DNA of 64,000 nt from Amoebophrya sp. A120 (taxonomy: Eukaryota; Protista; Dinoflagellata): NCBI GenBank assembly GCA_905178155.1, contig CAJINV010000003.1:8189117-8253116 (forward strand), in the 5' to 3' direction. Both the position numbers and the translations under genes were made by a program. The notes under the pieces were generated by a model, which saw only the letters and a program-made list of their open reading frames with translations, searched no databases and was not told where the DNA came from. The first letter of the stretch is position 1; each line of letters begins with the position of its first letter. Positions 25,381 through 38,492 of this stretch are shown piece after piece.

Positions 25381-27199
25381 ATGGAAGAGCCTGCCGTGTA
25401 TCTTCGACCGAGACATCCAGCAATAGCAGTTCGCGCAGGAGGTTCTCTTTTTCCAATCTGTGTAGGTGACACTTCGACTTCGCTGAAGGAGGATCTCGAT
25501 GATGAATACGAGATTGTCGAACCTGAGAGCGTTCCTGTGGTGCCGCCGTTCCCCGCGCCGCCCGGATTCCGTCTGCCGCCCGGGTTAGAGAAGCCTGAGC
25601 ACCCCTCGAACCAGCAGATGAGACGTGGCATCGTGAGCCGTTTAGTGGGACGGCGCGAGCAGGACCACCGGACCGCCACGCAAACGGCGAGAACTACCAA
25701 GTCGGAATTTTACTCTGACACAGAATCTTCTGCTGCTGCGCACAACGTGATGAACCGTGATCGGGACAACTACTACAACAGCGACGAAGCTGCAAAGCAC
25801 GACGAACGCACCGCAGAGGACAAGTCCATCGACAGTGGCCGCGCGCTGGTTAGAACAAGCAATCGGGCTCCCCCGCAAAAGGATTCCGCCGCTTCTTGCT
25901 CCACCTGTCGGTCCGCTCCTTCGTCCCACGCGGACCTTCCTCCGGCTTTTCGAACCGTGTTTCTCTTCGTCGACGCCGCTGCCCGCGAGCTGTACGCCCC
26001 TTTCCCGGACCTCAGCCTAAATGAATTCGACGAGTGCGCGCAACCGCAGGTGACGCTGGGTTCCTCGGTGGTCGAGAACTTTCGCGCCGGGGTTACGCAC
26101 GGAGAACTGCTGACCATGGAGCAACGCGCCTTTGACTTCCGCGACGTGAAGGGCGTTGTGAACAGTTGGCGGGAGTTCCCCCATTTGGCTGCAATCACGC
26201 TCACCAGGGTCGGCGGCGTCGTGGGGACTACCGCCGCAGCCAATCTTGCGCAGGAGCAGGTGTGGAGCGTTCAGTTCTGGGCCTACCGCGGGCCGTTCAT
26301 CCAAAGTGTCAACTTGCAGTCCAAGATGTTTTATGCACTGCACGAAATATGTCTGGGTCTGGGAGTGTGCAAAGCTGTGACGCGTCCTACGGGTCGAACA
26401 AAAATCTGTCCCGCATGATTACCAAAAGTCGTCCATTGTCGACCGAGGTTAGAAGGAACAAAGAAAAGCATGATAAAGACGTAGACTGTACAGAATCTGT
26501 CGTGCTGGTTCCTGCATTTCAGACCAAACCTCACGGGGCATGGAAAACCTAAATGACAAACCTTGCCACCCTCCAGACCACGATATTATATTTGCACTTG
26601 ATATGTTTCTCACGGCCTATCACTGGCCACAGTTCGTGCACCGGGGGCTCACGGCCGGCCGGCGCACGCATCAGTTGCGTATGGACGACTTACTGCACGA
26701 CTTGTTACACAACGAGCGCCGAATCACGGTCGAGAAACGTCGCGTGCCGACGGAAAAAACGCAATTTCTGCAGACGGCAGTACATCCATATTTGCTTTTT
26801 TTATTGATACATAAAACATAAGAACGGCATGTGAATTGTGGGTAGTACTAGTAAATCTAGACTCGAGCAGCAACTTCTCTTGGGGCAAGAAAATATTAGT
26901 TGTGCTATTGCTATCAATCCTAGAAAAACCCTGCCTATCGTCGAGGCACATGATGTTATCATGGATCTACTTGCTCGTGCGGGCCCGCGTCCTTTTGCTC
27001 CGAGAGTCCACTTGCAATTTCGCTTCAGGTCACCGACCACACAGTTGTCCCTTGGGACCCACAGTCCATCGAGTTTCTCGGTTCGTTTCTGGAGTCTCAA
27101 GTTCATCGGCGAGAAGTGTGGAAGGTGAGCGCACAGATCGAGGGGCCTGGCTGGGTGCAGGTGCATGTGGTTTATCGGCTCCCCGACGAAAACTTTCTG
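25381..27199 (+). CDS. Hypothetical protein, about 3 exons
   Basis: ORF from MEEPAVY; removing the introner at 26332 gives SKMFLTAYHW; GT-AG intron ~26780-27028 leads to VTDHTVVPW...LPDETF-stop. Confidence 0.65.
26332..26603. mobile_element. TIR introner, family-A-like (272 bp), TSD TGTTT
   Basis: TATGCACTGCACGAAATATGTCTGGGTCTGG...CCAGACCACGATATTATATTTGCACTTGATA; TGTTT on both sides. Confidence 0.88.
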
Positions 27200-27502
27200 A
27201 AGCATCGCCCGGGCTACCGCAGCAGTAAGAACAAAGACAGGGTCTACTAGGATTTCGATTTTCACTTAGGTTGAAGACGAGAACGAGTACTTACTGTGGC
27301 TGTGACCAGCCGAACAACATCGGCGTCCGATGCAATGAGTGTCGCATAACTCCATCTCGAACTACAAGAGCAGACCAGTCCGTTTTGTTTGGTCGACCTT
27401 ATAATTTTCCCTTGGAAGAATAAGAAAGAAATCCACTTTACATGTTTGTATGTCTTCCATCAGTTATAATTGTTATACTCAGCTTTCTCTGTTACTGTTT
27501 GA

Positions 27503-28856
27503 CATGGACAGGATGTCAAACAGTCGTGCTGGTCCGTCCAGTCGGCAACTTTTGACTTCGCGACATTTTGCTTTTGCCCGATTCTACCCTCCTACTAGCG
27601 AATCGACGTCGTCGGCACTTTTTCTATTTTCCGGTCTTGATGGTTTTTTCTTTTTCAGATGTTCATGTTGAGAATAAAGTTGATGTTGATGGCCGCAGAG
27701 AGGACCCCCAACATGCTCAGGAAGCCTTCTTATCGCGCCAATTTTGTCAACACCCCCGATTTGTATTTAAGACGGCTTTAGATTTTTTACAAAATGATTC
27801 TCATGACGCTAGCGGTAGTACTTCTAACCACGTCTAGGCCCAGAGGCAGGCGCGGCCGAGGATGCTGTCTGCGGAAAATTCATACAACCGACAAATGTAC
27901 CCCTGCTGGCTTTTGACGATCTAAGCTGCGACGAAAAGACGAATTCTTCGTATCTGATGGATTTTTTACTCATCTTCAGCGGGAGTTTGAGCTGTCGTGG
28001 ACGAACTTCGTTTAAAAAATTCATAGAAACAGTTGGGATCTACCTGGACCCGAATTCTGTGCTCGAAGGCCTGCAGAATTTCAATGAGAAATCGAATGTC
28101 ATGCTTTTCTTCATCGTGCAACAGATGGAGCTCCTCAGAAATGTGCTCATGCAAAGAAAGTGCAAAAATGGCCTGCCTCCCGATAGACCGCCCATCAATC
28201 CAGAAAGAGAAGTAGTCTTTCGCGCAAAATGGACGCCAGGCCATGCTGATATGTATTTCAATGACACTGCAGATTATTTAGCTGGCGCAGCGCTGCGCCG
28301 CTACCAAACAGCGGTAGAACAAGGCCTGGATATGATAGTATATATGAAAGAAATAACGCCAACGATCAACCTAGGCTTGGAGAAGGAGGAGGACGCGAAG
28401 CAGGATCGACAAGTGCTGAAAGCGGATATTGCGAGTGGAGTGGACGATCTGGTGCACAGCCAAAATCAAGTCGAGACGACGCAACGGAGAAATACACGGG
28501 GAAAGGAGAAAACCAGGGAGAGTGCTGATGCTGGTACTGCTGCGCCAAAACTGGATCCGGTAACTGGACTGCCGCTGCTGTCAGAAAATGATGATCAAGC
28601 TCCAGGGACACGAACTACAACTAGGACGCGGAAGTCGAAAACTAAAATGAAAAAGAAACAGGAAGAGAGTCTTATTTGTAATGAAATACAAAACGAAGAT
28701 GAGAACTCAAACAAGCACTACAAGGTGCAAGCACTATTACACGAAGAAGGCCTCCTGGAAGATGTTGTATTGCAAAAGAAATTAGCTTTGATTGGACCAG
28801 GGAAATGGCATTTATGTGGTGGCTTTTTTACTCATCTTCAGGGAATGGCATTCTGA
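27503..28856 (+). CDS. Hypothetical protein with rearranged 3' end (possibly truncated or a pseudogene)
   Basis: 299-aa ORF 27957-28856 plus probable upstream exons; ends in a patchwork of short repeats. Confidence 0.45.
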
Positions 28857-28991
28857 TGGATCAGGGAATTACTCATCTTCAGGGAATTACTCATTTATGT
28901 GATTGGACCAGGGAATGGCATTCTGATGGATTTTTTTACTCATCTTCAGCGGGAGTTTGAGCTGTCGTGGACGAACTTCGTTTAAAAAATT
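28790..28991. repeat. Patchwork of local duplications
   Basis: 28922-28991 is a ~69-bp copy of 27953-28021; TACTCATCTTCAGGGAAT and GATTGGACCAGGGAA recur. Confidence 0.8.
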
Positions 28992-30042
28992 GTTATTGTT
29001 TCGCTTTCGAGCTCCTGACCATCACTAGTTTGAGAATTTCGCGATTGACAACAGTAGAATATTCGAATGCGGTGCGCCATTTGCAAAGTAGTTTGCGGTT
29101 GTTCCACCTCCTGATGACCTACAAACATGCATATGCATATCAATCGGCTTGTTTTCAGCGGTCATGTATTTCTGGCTTCAGTACACCGCAGCGCCAACCA
29201 TCCACGTGAGTTAAACTTAAATCAACGAAGATTGAAATGGCTCGTCGGTTCGTTCAACATTCGGACACTCTTTGAACAATTCAGCGCACGCTTTGTCGTC
29301 GGTTCTTCGGCCATTAAGTACAATATTTTAGCACAGCAATTCTTTCGGTTTTGAGATTTCACATCGGCGGCTCGTGCTGATGTGACTTGGCCAGTAATGT
29401 GCAAAGATGCGAAGTCGTGACTCAGGCATTATTCGTTCGACACGATTTTCGTTCACAATTCCAGCTCTGTCGTTCACAATTCCTTCTCTAGCTGACGTCC
29501 TGCAACCATGCTGCAATAGTGAGGCTGCGTACTAAAAGAAACACATTTGCCGAATATATTTATCATTATCATATCAAACGTGTTTTGTGTAAGATTAAGA
29601 ACTAAAGGATGTGAGCGGCGGGCCCTTGAACTAAGTTTTTTGCAGCAAGAGTTTTTCTGAACTCAGGCCCGTCTATAGTCCGGGAGCAGCCAACTCCCGT
29701 GCACTTTTGATGGCAATATAAGCACGCGTACAATATACTGACTTCTAAACTATAATACGCGCGTATGTACATGATCCGGAAGAAGAATTGAGAACAAGAG
29801 AATACTCAAAAACGAAACGGATACACATGTGTTGAATGAATGAAGTCGGGCCCGCACGCCGGCCGCGCTTAAGGCTGGCGCATCGTAGAATGAATGAATG
29901 AATGAACACTGTGACGTCTCGTCATGTCATTGTCAAGCAGCCCGTGTGTGTTTCGATTCGCATCCCCACCCTACGCATAAACTTTCCCGCCTACTTCTTT
30001 TGCGTTTATATATAGTTTCCGCCGCCCGCGACCACGTCGCGC

Positions 30043-33000
30043 ATGCGGCATCGAAGAATGCCGGCCACTTCGTTGGGACCAGTCGGCTGGCACCGACACC
30101 CCATCCGCTTCCTGAGATCATGCCGGGTGTTCCTAGGAGGTTGCCTTTGGTGTCGTAGCACGCTTCTCGAACGACTGCTCGTCGTCTCCCCCGGAGTTGT
30201 GCACGCCTCAACCTGTCCGACGCAAACCACACCGAGCTACGTGTCTGCCGCGTGTCCGTCGTCAAGCTACACTGGAACAAACGGCCGCTGCACCGTAGCG
30301 CCCACAGTCGCCTCCTCCGGCGCGGCGGTCTTCTTCCGCTGGTTTAACTCAGCCGCGTCACCCTTTGCCCTGTACTATCACATGGGCGATCACGCTTATT
30401 CCTACACTACCGGGTGCTGCTACGAGAACCAGCAGGCAGGCCGGGAAGATATGTGCGATAGCGAGGACGTCGGCTGGACTAGCCTGGTGAGCGGAGGGAC
30501 TTATATTGCGATCCGGCGCGTCGACTGGCTGGATACGGGGGTGACCCTCACTTGCGAGCGAAAGACCGAGCTTCTGAACCAGAAACAGCGCGCAGTGATG
30601 GTGGTCCCGCTTTCCGAGGTCCGGTACGCCTGCGGAAAGGACAACCCGTTGCGGAAAGGACAACCTCACCCTATGTGAGGCCCTACTTGCTGTCTGAAGA
30701 CGGAGCCTATCGCTTGCAGCCCATGATCTCGGAGTATCCCTACGGCAACCTAAACCCGTTCGGCGACCCGTATTCGGAGATACCCCTCGGGGTGTCCACC
30801 CCCTGTGACATGTCCAGCACCGCGGACGCGTCCGCCCAGGGCGTGCTCTACATTCCGCAGACCTGCCGGACGCTGCCCAACCCAGCCACGGCGGAAGGGA
30901 GCGCGCCCCGCGATACGTGGTTCGCGGCGGAGGCGTTCACGTGCCACGAGACGCTGGCGTGGGCGGATGGGCAAAAGTTTACCACGAGTTTTCAAAAGAC
31001 CACCGGAACGGGAAGCTTGCAGGTTACTGTGACGTACCGGCTTGTACTGCCCGATGGCGCCACCAGTGTGGCGCCCGCGGACGTCGACCTGGTTTGCGGG
31101 ACGGACGGTAAGTCGCGGTTTTACCTCCGCGGCTCGCGGGCTGGGGCGGGGGGCGTAGAGGTGACGCTCACGCCACCGGCGCCGGCCGCGAGCACGGCGG
31201 CCAACGAGTATTTGTCAAGCCGACCGGACTCCTGCTACCTCGGCGAGCACATTACAAACCGGGCCATGCGAACCGCGCCCGGAAACGTGGGATCTGCCTG
31301 TCCAGGTAAAACGACAATGGCCAAAGACGAGATTTGCAACGTGGCGCCGGCCGTTGTTGCGCCCACGCTAGACATACCACTGGATGAACAGACCGTCTTC
31401 TACGCACTGGTTGAGAGAAACATGGTGAGATACCAGAAACCGGTGCCCGTCTACCCGGTCGCCACGACTGCGGTAAGGTACCATTGCAAGGCTCCCGTGA
31501 TCGGGCACGGCCGGCTGCTGCGACCCTTTGCCCCGCACCCGCTAGCTGTATCGTCGGCGGCAGTCGAAATCCGGGCGGGGCGAATCTGCGACATGCGCAG
31601 CTTCCTGCACCAGTTCCACGCCCTACTGGACGTCGGGGATTGCCTGTTTGCACCGAAAACCGATCTTGGCGCAGAAGCCTTTCAATGCGTGTCGACAAAA
31701 ACCTGGAAGACCGCCGCCCGGGAGGCGACGTACAGCCTGAAGCTGGTACTTGCTTACTATTATACTTGATTCGCACGCTTGGCTTTTACCCTTTTTCGTA
31801 CGTGTTTTGTGTCACAGCCGCGCCCCTATGGTACAAATTGACTGCCCACCCACCCTAAACTGGGCGCGCAGTTTCTTTCGGGCTGGACGAGGGAGGGAGT
31901 AGCACGCAGCAGCCTGCCAGAGGGCGCGCTGCCCGCGTCATCATCAACAACATCATCAGCATTGTCATCACGACGTTGCACACGTAGACGGGCATTGAGG
32001 CTCCTGACATCATGTTGTAGTGGCTGCAGTGCTAAGACTTGCATATGATCTGGTAACCAAATGCGTGCGCGCGCGCGCGCAGAGCGCGCGCCGGCCCACG
32101 AAGCCGGCGCGCGCGCTCTGCGCGCTTGCGATATTGCTTAGCAAACGCAGCGCGAAGGCAGTTGCCGTTACCATATAGGGCAACCGCCGGGAGGCCTGAA
32201 GGTCAGGGAAATGGCCAGAAATGAAGCGGGAGAGGGGAAAAAAAGCGGACCAGATGGGAAAATGGCCAGGAGGTCAAAAATGTCGCAAAAATGGCAGAAA
32301 CCAAGCGGGAGAAGGTGAAAAAAGAGCATTTTTGCGGTTTGGCCCACTTGATATCTGAAAAATAGACGGACTATTTTTTGCTCCGCCCGGTGGCCAGCTG
32401 CGTTGGAGAAGCAGGCCCGCGACCTGTCCGGAAGCCTTGGGCCGCTTCGTAACTGGGAAAAGTTGGAAAAAAATGACAAAAAATTGCTTCATAACGTGGG
32501 TGGAAGCAATCGTCGGATTTTGTCCAGATCACCCGGGCCACTTGGAAAATGAAAAAAGATGAGAAATTGCGCAAAAGCGCAATCGTTCTGCAGGCTTCAA
32601 AACTGCCAGTCAGATGCGGGCGGTAAAAATGTGCAGGTCGCCCGGGCCACTTGAAAAATAGAAAAAGACGAAAAATTGCGCAAAAGCGCAATCCTTCCGC
32701 AGGCTTCAAAACTGCCAGCCAGCTGCGGTCGGTGAAAATGTCCGGAGCCCTTCGGCCACCTAAAAACTTGAAAAAAAAGCGAAAATCGCAAAAAATCGAA
32801 AACCCTCGGCAGGCTTACAAACTGGCCGCCAAGGGCGGTCCGGTGGGCGCGCGCTTGCGCCATACCATCGCGATTGGTTAAAAAAAGTCGGACTAGAAGC
32901 GGGCGGAGGCATGTCCCAAAATCCCGATTTGGCCGGGGTTGTGAGCACCAATTCGGGACCTCCGCCGCGTCTGAAGTGGCCGATTTTGGTTGCCCGGAAG

Positions 33001-36000
33001 GGTTCGCGGGTTTTCGGCTTTCCACATACCTTCCTGGCCAGGGGGCCAGTTTGTCATGCAGGGGGCTAGAGAGGATGCCCCGTTGCGAAATAGCAGACCG
33101 GGTTTCGCCTTCAATGCTTATCGCAGGAGCCTGCGGGCCGCCGCGGGCGACAGTAGTTGTCCGCGGCCCTTTAGGGCCGCGGGGAAGTGGTGGAGCCCGC
33201 GGCGGCCCGCAGGCTCCTGCGATAAGCTTTGAATGCGAATCCGGACGCCCCCGATGACCGAGATACCTTCCTGGCCAGGGGGCCAGTTTCTCATGCAGGG
33301 GGCTTGAAGAAGAAGGAGTGGGACTCTAATCAAAAATAAATAGCGCCAAAGCGCGGCCCGCAGGGCCGCGCTTTCGCCGCGCGGCTGGTTAGGCTTTCGC
33401 GCTGGTTAGAATTTCGCGCACGCATTTGGTTACCAATATCGCCCTCCGGGCGCGACCTTCATACTAAGTGTATAATGTGGCGGCAGGAACAACAACAATA
33501 CGGATAGTTCGAGGAACCTCGAGGATGGACAATAAATTTGAGAATTCCACCACCGCTCTTTCAGCATCACCTGTGGGGACATGTGCTTGCTTGTGACCTT
33601 TTGTAGCCCCTTGCTTGTTTGTTCTACCTGGTGCTATAATTGTCGAGTGATATTAGACTGACTGGTTGCCTTATCGGATTCTGCTTTATTGATATTTCAT
33701 AACTTTTTTCGTTAGATACCCGCCTTCACCGTCGAGACAACGGTGACTCTGTCCGACGCATTGGTAGCCGTGGCATGCGATGACCATACTGGGCAAGCCG
33801 AGCTTCGAAGAGGTTCGCGGCGGATTATTTCGGAGCCCCCTGTGCTCCGGACGTGTGACGTTTTGCTCGACGGGGCGGTCTACGGGCCGAAGGACATGTG
33901 CCCGGGTGAAAGTCTCGTTTATCCGTCCGCGACCACGGCCTCGGCGAGCAGCCCGACAGGGGAACGTTGCGGCTCGCCTCCGGACTTTGCCGGCAAGGAT
34001 GTGGAGGCCCTGTTCTATGAGAGAGAAGCCGCAACTGGTGTCAACGGCAATGGGGCTCAGTCCTGGCAGGTAGGGGTCGTAGCCGCGTCGCAGGTCCGCT
34101 ACGAGTGCACCGCGACCGGTCCAGCGCCCGGAAAAGCGTCGGATGCCAGCGCGTTTTATGAGATTGCCGCGCCCTGCACTCTAGATCCGACAATCCAGGT
34201 CAGCATCTCCGCTGCCCTCATTACGCCACACGCTAGCTGCCTGAACCCGGCGTTGCCGCGCCTGCCCGATGGTGCCGCAGCCGGCAGCCTGCACGTCTGC
34301 AAGCACGGCCCGGTCGAAGGAAATTTGATGGACGCCGCGACCGGGGCGGTGCACCGGGTCGAGTACGTGTCGCACAGTGCGGCCGGCCTCCAGCCGCCCT
34401 TCTCGATTGCGGCGCCGCGGCTGTTCCTGGCCTGTCAGACCAACAATGTGACGACGCTCGTTGACGCGGAAGGCCGGGAGCTGACCATTTTACCTCCCCT
34501 GTCCACCACCACAACTTCGACCACGACCTCGACGCAAACCTCAACGACCACACTGACCACCACAGCGCAGTTCGACGACCCCACAGTGATCACGTTGGAG
34601 AGTGGGTTTGCCATCGGCCTAGCGAACGGCATTCCCCCGGTTGCGTGCGGGAAAGACCTCAGCACGTGTGTGCAGTTTCAGAACTCCTTGCGACTAGCCC
34701 TAGCCTTCACGGTGGGGCTCGCGGAGTCAGCGGTTGCACTTAAGAGTCTGCAGCTCGACAGGCGACAGAGGAAATTGCAAGACACGTCGACTCGTTCCAG
34801 CTTCGCGGAGGTTCATCTTCCGGAGCACCAGATCAGCAGGTCTATGATTATGACCGCTTCCAAAGAAGAAGCTGCAGCAAGACCAGCATCTTCGCCACGT
34901 CAGTTGACGACAATTACAAGTGATTGGAAGGCGGTGTTCGATGTTACCACGGTCTTTTCCGCTGCAAGCGCTCTCCGATCCGCGGCAGAACAGCCTGGCG
35001 CGTTTCTCGCCCAACTGAGCAGCAATCTCGGGAGCGCCTACTCGGTGGCTGCGGCTACATGTTTGGTTGCAGGCCTCCAGATGACGAACCCGCAAGCCAC
35101 CAGCGTGGTGACAGTGACACCGTCAACCGCAACGCCCACGACGCCTTCTCCCGCCACGTCGGGAGGTGGTTCCTCGTCTGGCGTCGCGCCGAGTCCGGCA
35201 CCGACTGTTGGAGGTCCATCAACTACGGATACTTCCACTTCCACAGCGAGCACGGGAACAGGAGCAGGAGCGACGACTCAAGCCGCAACCGACGACGACG
35301 GAGTGAAGATCTCCCAACTTTTGTTCCTGCTGATTATCGTCGGGTTTTCTGTACTCGGGTTGATAATCATCGTCCTCATGTATCTGCTTTGTCGCTTCAA
35401 GCGGAACTTGAACTGGAAGGAAGCTCTTGTTGATCTTGATGTTGCCGCGCAGCGGAGGTCGAGCAGGGTCGTCACCGTAGCCTCGCGCGGTCCTCTGGGT
35501 TCGCGGACGAGTGTCGCATCGCAAAAAATGCACCCCGGCAACACCAGCTTGGAGAACATTGTGCGGAACTCGCGACTCAGCTTGCCTCGAGAGCATTTGG
35601 TTGACGAGGAGATTCTTTCCCCCGCCGTCGAGCTCGTCGAACAGACAAAATCAGAAAGAGAGAGCTTTCAGCACGCGCCCCCTGTCTCGCCTTTGGGGCA
35701 GGCTTTTACGGAAGAAACAGAGCAAAAACCGAAGCGTCCGAGCACGAGCAGCGGGATGGAGGAGAGTAGATTACGTGCACGACCGCCAAGAAAGAACAAG
35801 AAGGCAAAAAAGCGCGTGCCAGACCGCGATCTTTCGTACCAGTGGACTTTTCTGGGACGCGAGTCGGAAAACGCACGAGAGAAATCCGTAAACGAGGCAC
35901 TGATAAGAATGATTGGCGATGGCGACGGTAAGTTCGGTGCGCAAAAGCAAAACGCGAATCAGAAGGCAGAACTACAGGAAGCGCAGCACGGCGGAAACGA

Positions 36001-36712
36001 GGAACGCGGCTCGTCCCTGCAAGGGAGTAGCATCAAAACAGGTTCTCAGGGTCAGGAGGACGAGAAACTATTATCGCCCCGCTTATTACAGTATTTGCTT
36101 GCAAAGCGTCCTGAGATGAGTATTATCAAGACAGCACCTCCGAAAACAAAGAATGCACCTGCTGCGCCAGCAGCTGACAAGATTCAACCGAAATCCAATC
36201 TCCACAAGGCCGACGGGGCAAAAGAAACGAAAAAGCAAGTGGCAGAGAGCGCGGCAGGTGTTGTATCTGCTGCAAAAGAAGAACACATCAGAGGTGCAGC
36301 AGGGCAAGTGCAAGACGAGCCAGAGGTGGTTTCGGAAAGCAGCATGGATTTGAAAACGCCACGTGCGTCTACTTCTGGCCAGTCAACGCCACGATCTAAC
36401 AGGCCGCCAAAGCGTAGCGCGGGCATTGGGCGGAAAGCAGCCATAGCATCTTCAGCTCGCAGTGTTTCCGGTCGCACGAAAGATAAGGCTCGTGCTAGAG
36501 GAGCTCCGAAGCATATCACGAATTATAATAGTGAGCCAATTGAATTGGAAAAGGCGACGATAGTCGGCAAGGTTCGAGGAAATCTACCGATACAGAATCC
36601 ATCCTTAGACGGTGCCTTACCTGCTCCAGATGCAGAGACCGTGAGGCCTGGCGCGACGCCGGAAACGAAAGACACGGTGGAGTCCTCGTCCGAGCACCAC
36701 TTCGTCTTGTGA
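30043..36712 (+). CDS. Large type I surface protein (Cys-containing repeats, Thr-rich stalk, TM helix); apparent frameshift near 30640
   Basis: ORFs 30043, 30552 and 33743, the last two joined by phase-0 GT-AG intron 31746-33715; VRYxC motif occurs three times; TM LLFLLIIVGFSVLGLIIIVLMYLL. Confidence 0.72.
32044..33463. mobile_element. Helitron2/Helentron-like non-autonomous element inside an intron
   Basis: 5' TGGTAACCAAATGCGTGCGC (32051) pairs with a subterminal copy ending at 33435; GC hairpin 32075-32125; 3' hairpin CGCCC-TCC-GGGCG; internal ~109-bp tandem repeats 32532-32830; second copy at 1-315; no clean TSD. Confidence 0.6.
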
Positions 36713-37764
36713 TTTCGTAGCTCTTTTTTGTCGTTGACGTTGACACATCTTTAGATCCGTTTCCCTCCGCCCCATTCCTGAGAGGTCCACTACCGTTCCT
36801 CTTCATTGTCCACATGCACATTTTATGCGGACTTCGCTTACCAGTCTGATGAACGCGAAAAACACACGTCGATAAGAAATGCCGTTTGACCAGAATAAAT
36901 GCAAAAGGACTCAGTATTTGTGACCAAGAAATGCATGGTATTTCGCGACGTGCTTCCTGTTGTGAGCTTGCGGGAAAGATTGAAAAGATTTAAAAGTTTT
37001 GGAACCAACTGCAAGAATTGCAGAGCTTTGGGAAAAAGTATAGAAGACGAGTTCCTCTCGCCGAAAGTGTAACAAGTACCTATCAGAGATCGTTCAGGCA
37101 TGCAAGACCAAGAAATGAATCCTAATCTCTGCAAGTCGAACGCATGGACTCTTGACCCAAACGACGTGACTTGATACCGACTGTACTATTTGTACTTACG
37201 TCCTCTATGATCTGTCAGTCTCAGTGAGAATAATCGACCACCATCATCGCGTGCTGATGATCATCGTTTACCAGCAGCATGTGAATGATTTACGATCTGC
37301 CTGATGTTGTATTGTCGACTTGGTTTTTCTCGTTCTAGTGATGTGGAAAACTGAGCTTTCCGCGATCCGAGTCCGACTTTGATGTGATCAACAATTGATT
37401 TTCTGCAGCGACATAGTCTTCAAAAATGTAAATGTTAGATCTTGTCTCTGTAGTTGTATGACCTTCCCAAAAACGTGAACGGATTGATAGTGACTCGATG
37501 CATTTTCTATTGCTTGTTGTACAACTTTTTTTTTGTGTTTAATGGCACCGCGCCGAGCTTCTCAACACTAGCTGCTCAGACTTACTCGAAAGGCAGACTG
37601 TCATATTTTTCAAATAAACAAAGCAACTGAGTAGAAATTCCGCTAAAGTCTCTTCTTGATGAACGAATAGTGTGTGTCTTTAAGGATTTCGGAATACGAT
37701 TTTTTTTTGCTATGGGCGACAATCAAATTAATTGAAATATTCTAGATCAATTCCGAGTCTTGAA

Positions 37765-38492
37765 ATGGCGCGACCGAAGACAAAGCCTTTGCCAGGTCGG
37801 CAGCTTGCGGTAATGGCCGCCGGTGTTGGGATCCTGGTGCATGCCGGATATGTCATACTTGAACTCAGAAAAAATGCAGCACACACCGTGGAAAGCATAC
37901 CTCTCCTGGTAAGTAGAATCACAAACTCTATTGTCCACGCATCTTGTACATGCTGTAATATATGTATTTAAAAAAGGGAAAAAAATAGGGTATAGTCTCT
38001 GTGAGTTGATATGCGATTGTGTTGCAGACGCATTTGCTTTTGCTTACACTTTTTTTTAATCATATCTCGCACCTCATGTAGATATAAGTGTGCGGCGCAA
38101 TAACAAACAATAAGCATATAATTGGCACCAGTTTATGCAGTTGCTCCTTGTGGTTGCGCCAGCTCATTTTATTTCGCGCATTTTGATGGTCAACACATAC
38201 ACAGGTGGTCGCCTGGATTTTTCTCGGCGCATTGTTAAGCCTTTTCGGCAGTATTGGCAGATTTGAACCCATACGCGTGAGCGACGCACCGAAGCCGACC
38301 TGGGATGCGCAACACATCCGAAATGACTTCATCATGTACCAGTCCAGAGCCCCCGCATTGTGCGCATTTATAGAGGAGAAGACTGCCCTACCACCAAATG
38401 TGGCGCACGCATCTGCCACTGGCGGGGACGCAGGAGAAGAGGCAACAAGTGCGATGGACGTGGAACTCACTGAAACGAGTAAAACCAAATAA
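37765..38492 (+). CDS. EMC5: EMC5 / membrane magnesium transporter (MMgT) family protein, 2 exons
   Basis: GVGILVHAGY...ESIPLL|VVAWIFLGALLSLFGSIGRFEPI...RNDFIMYQSRA fits the MMgT pattern; intron 37909-38204 (GTAAGT...CAG). Confidence 0.75.

Noticed and set aside
33026-33304. ATACCTTCCTGGCCAGGGG (twice) resembles the U1 snRNA 5' end ATACTTACCTGGCAGGGG
   Set aside because: Similarity is limited to ~19 nt inside a repeat element; I see no U1 loop motifs or Sm site downstream. An Infernal search with the U1 model would settle it.
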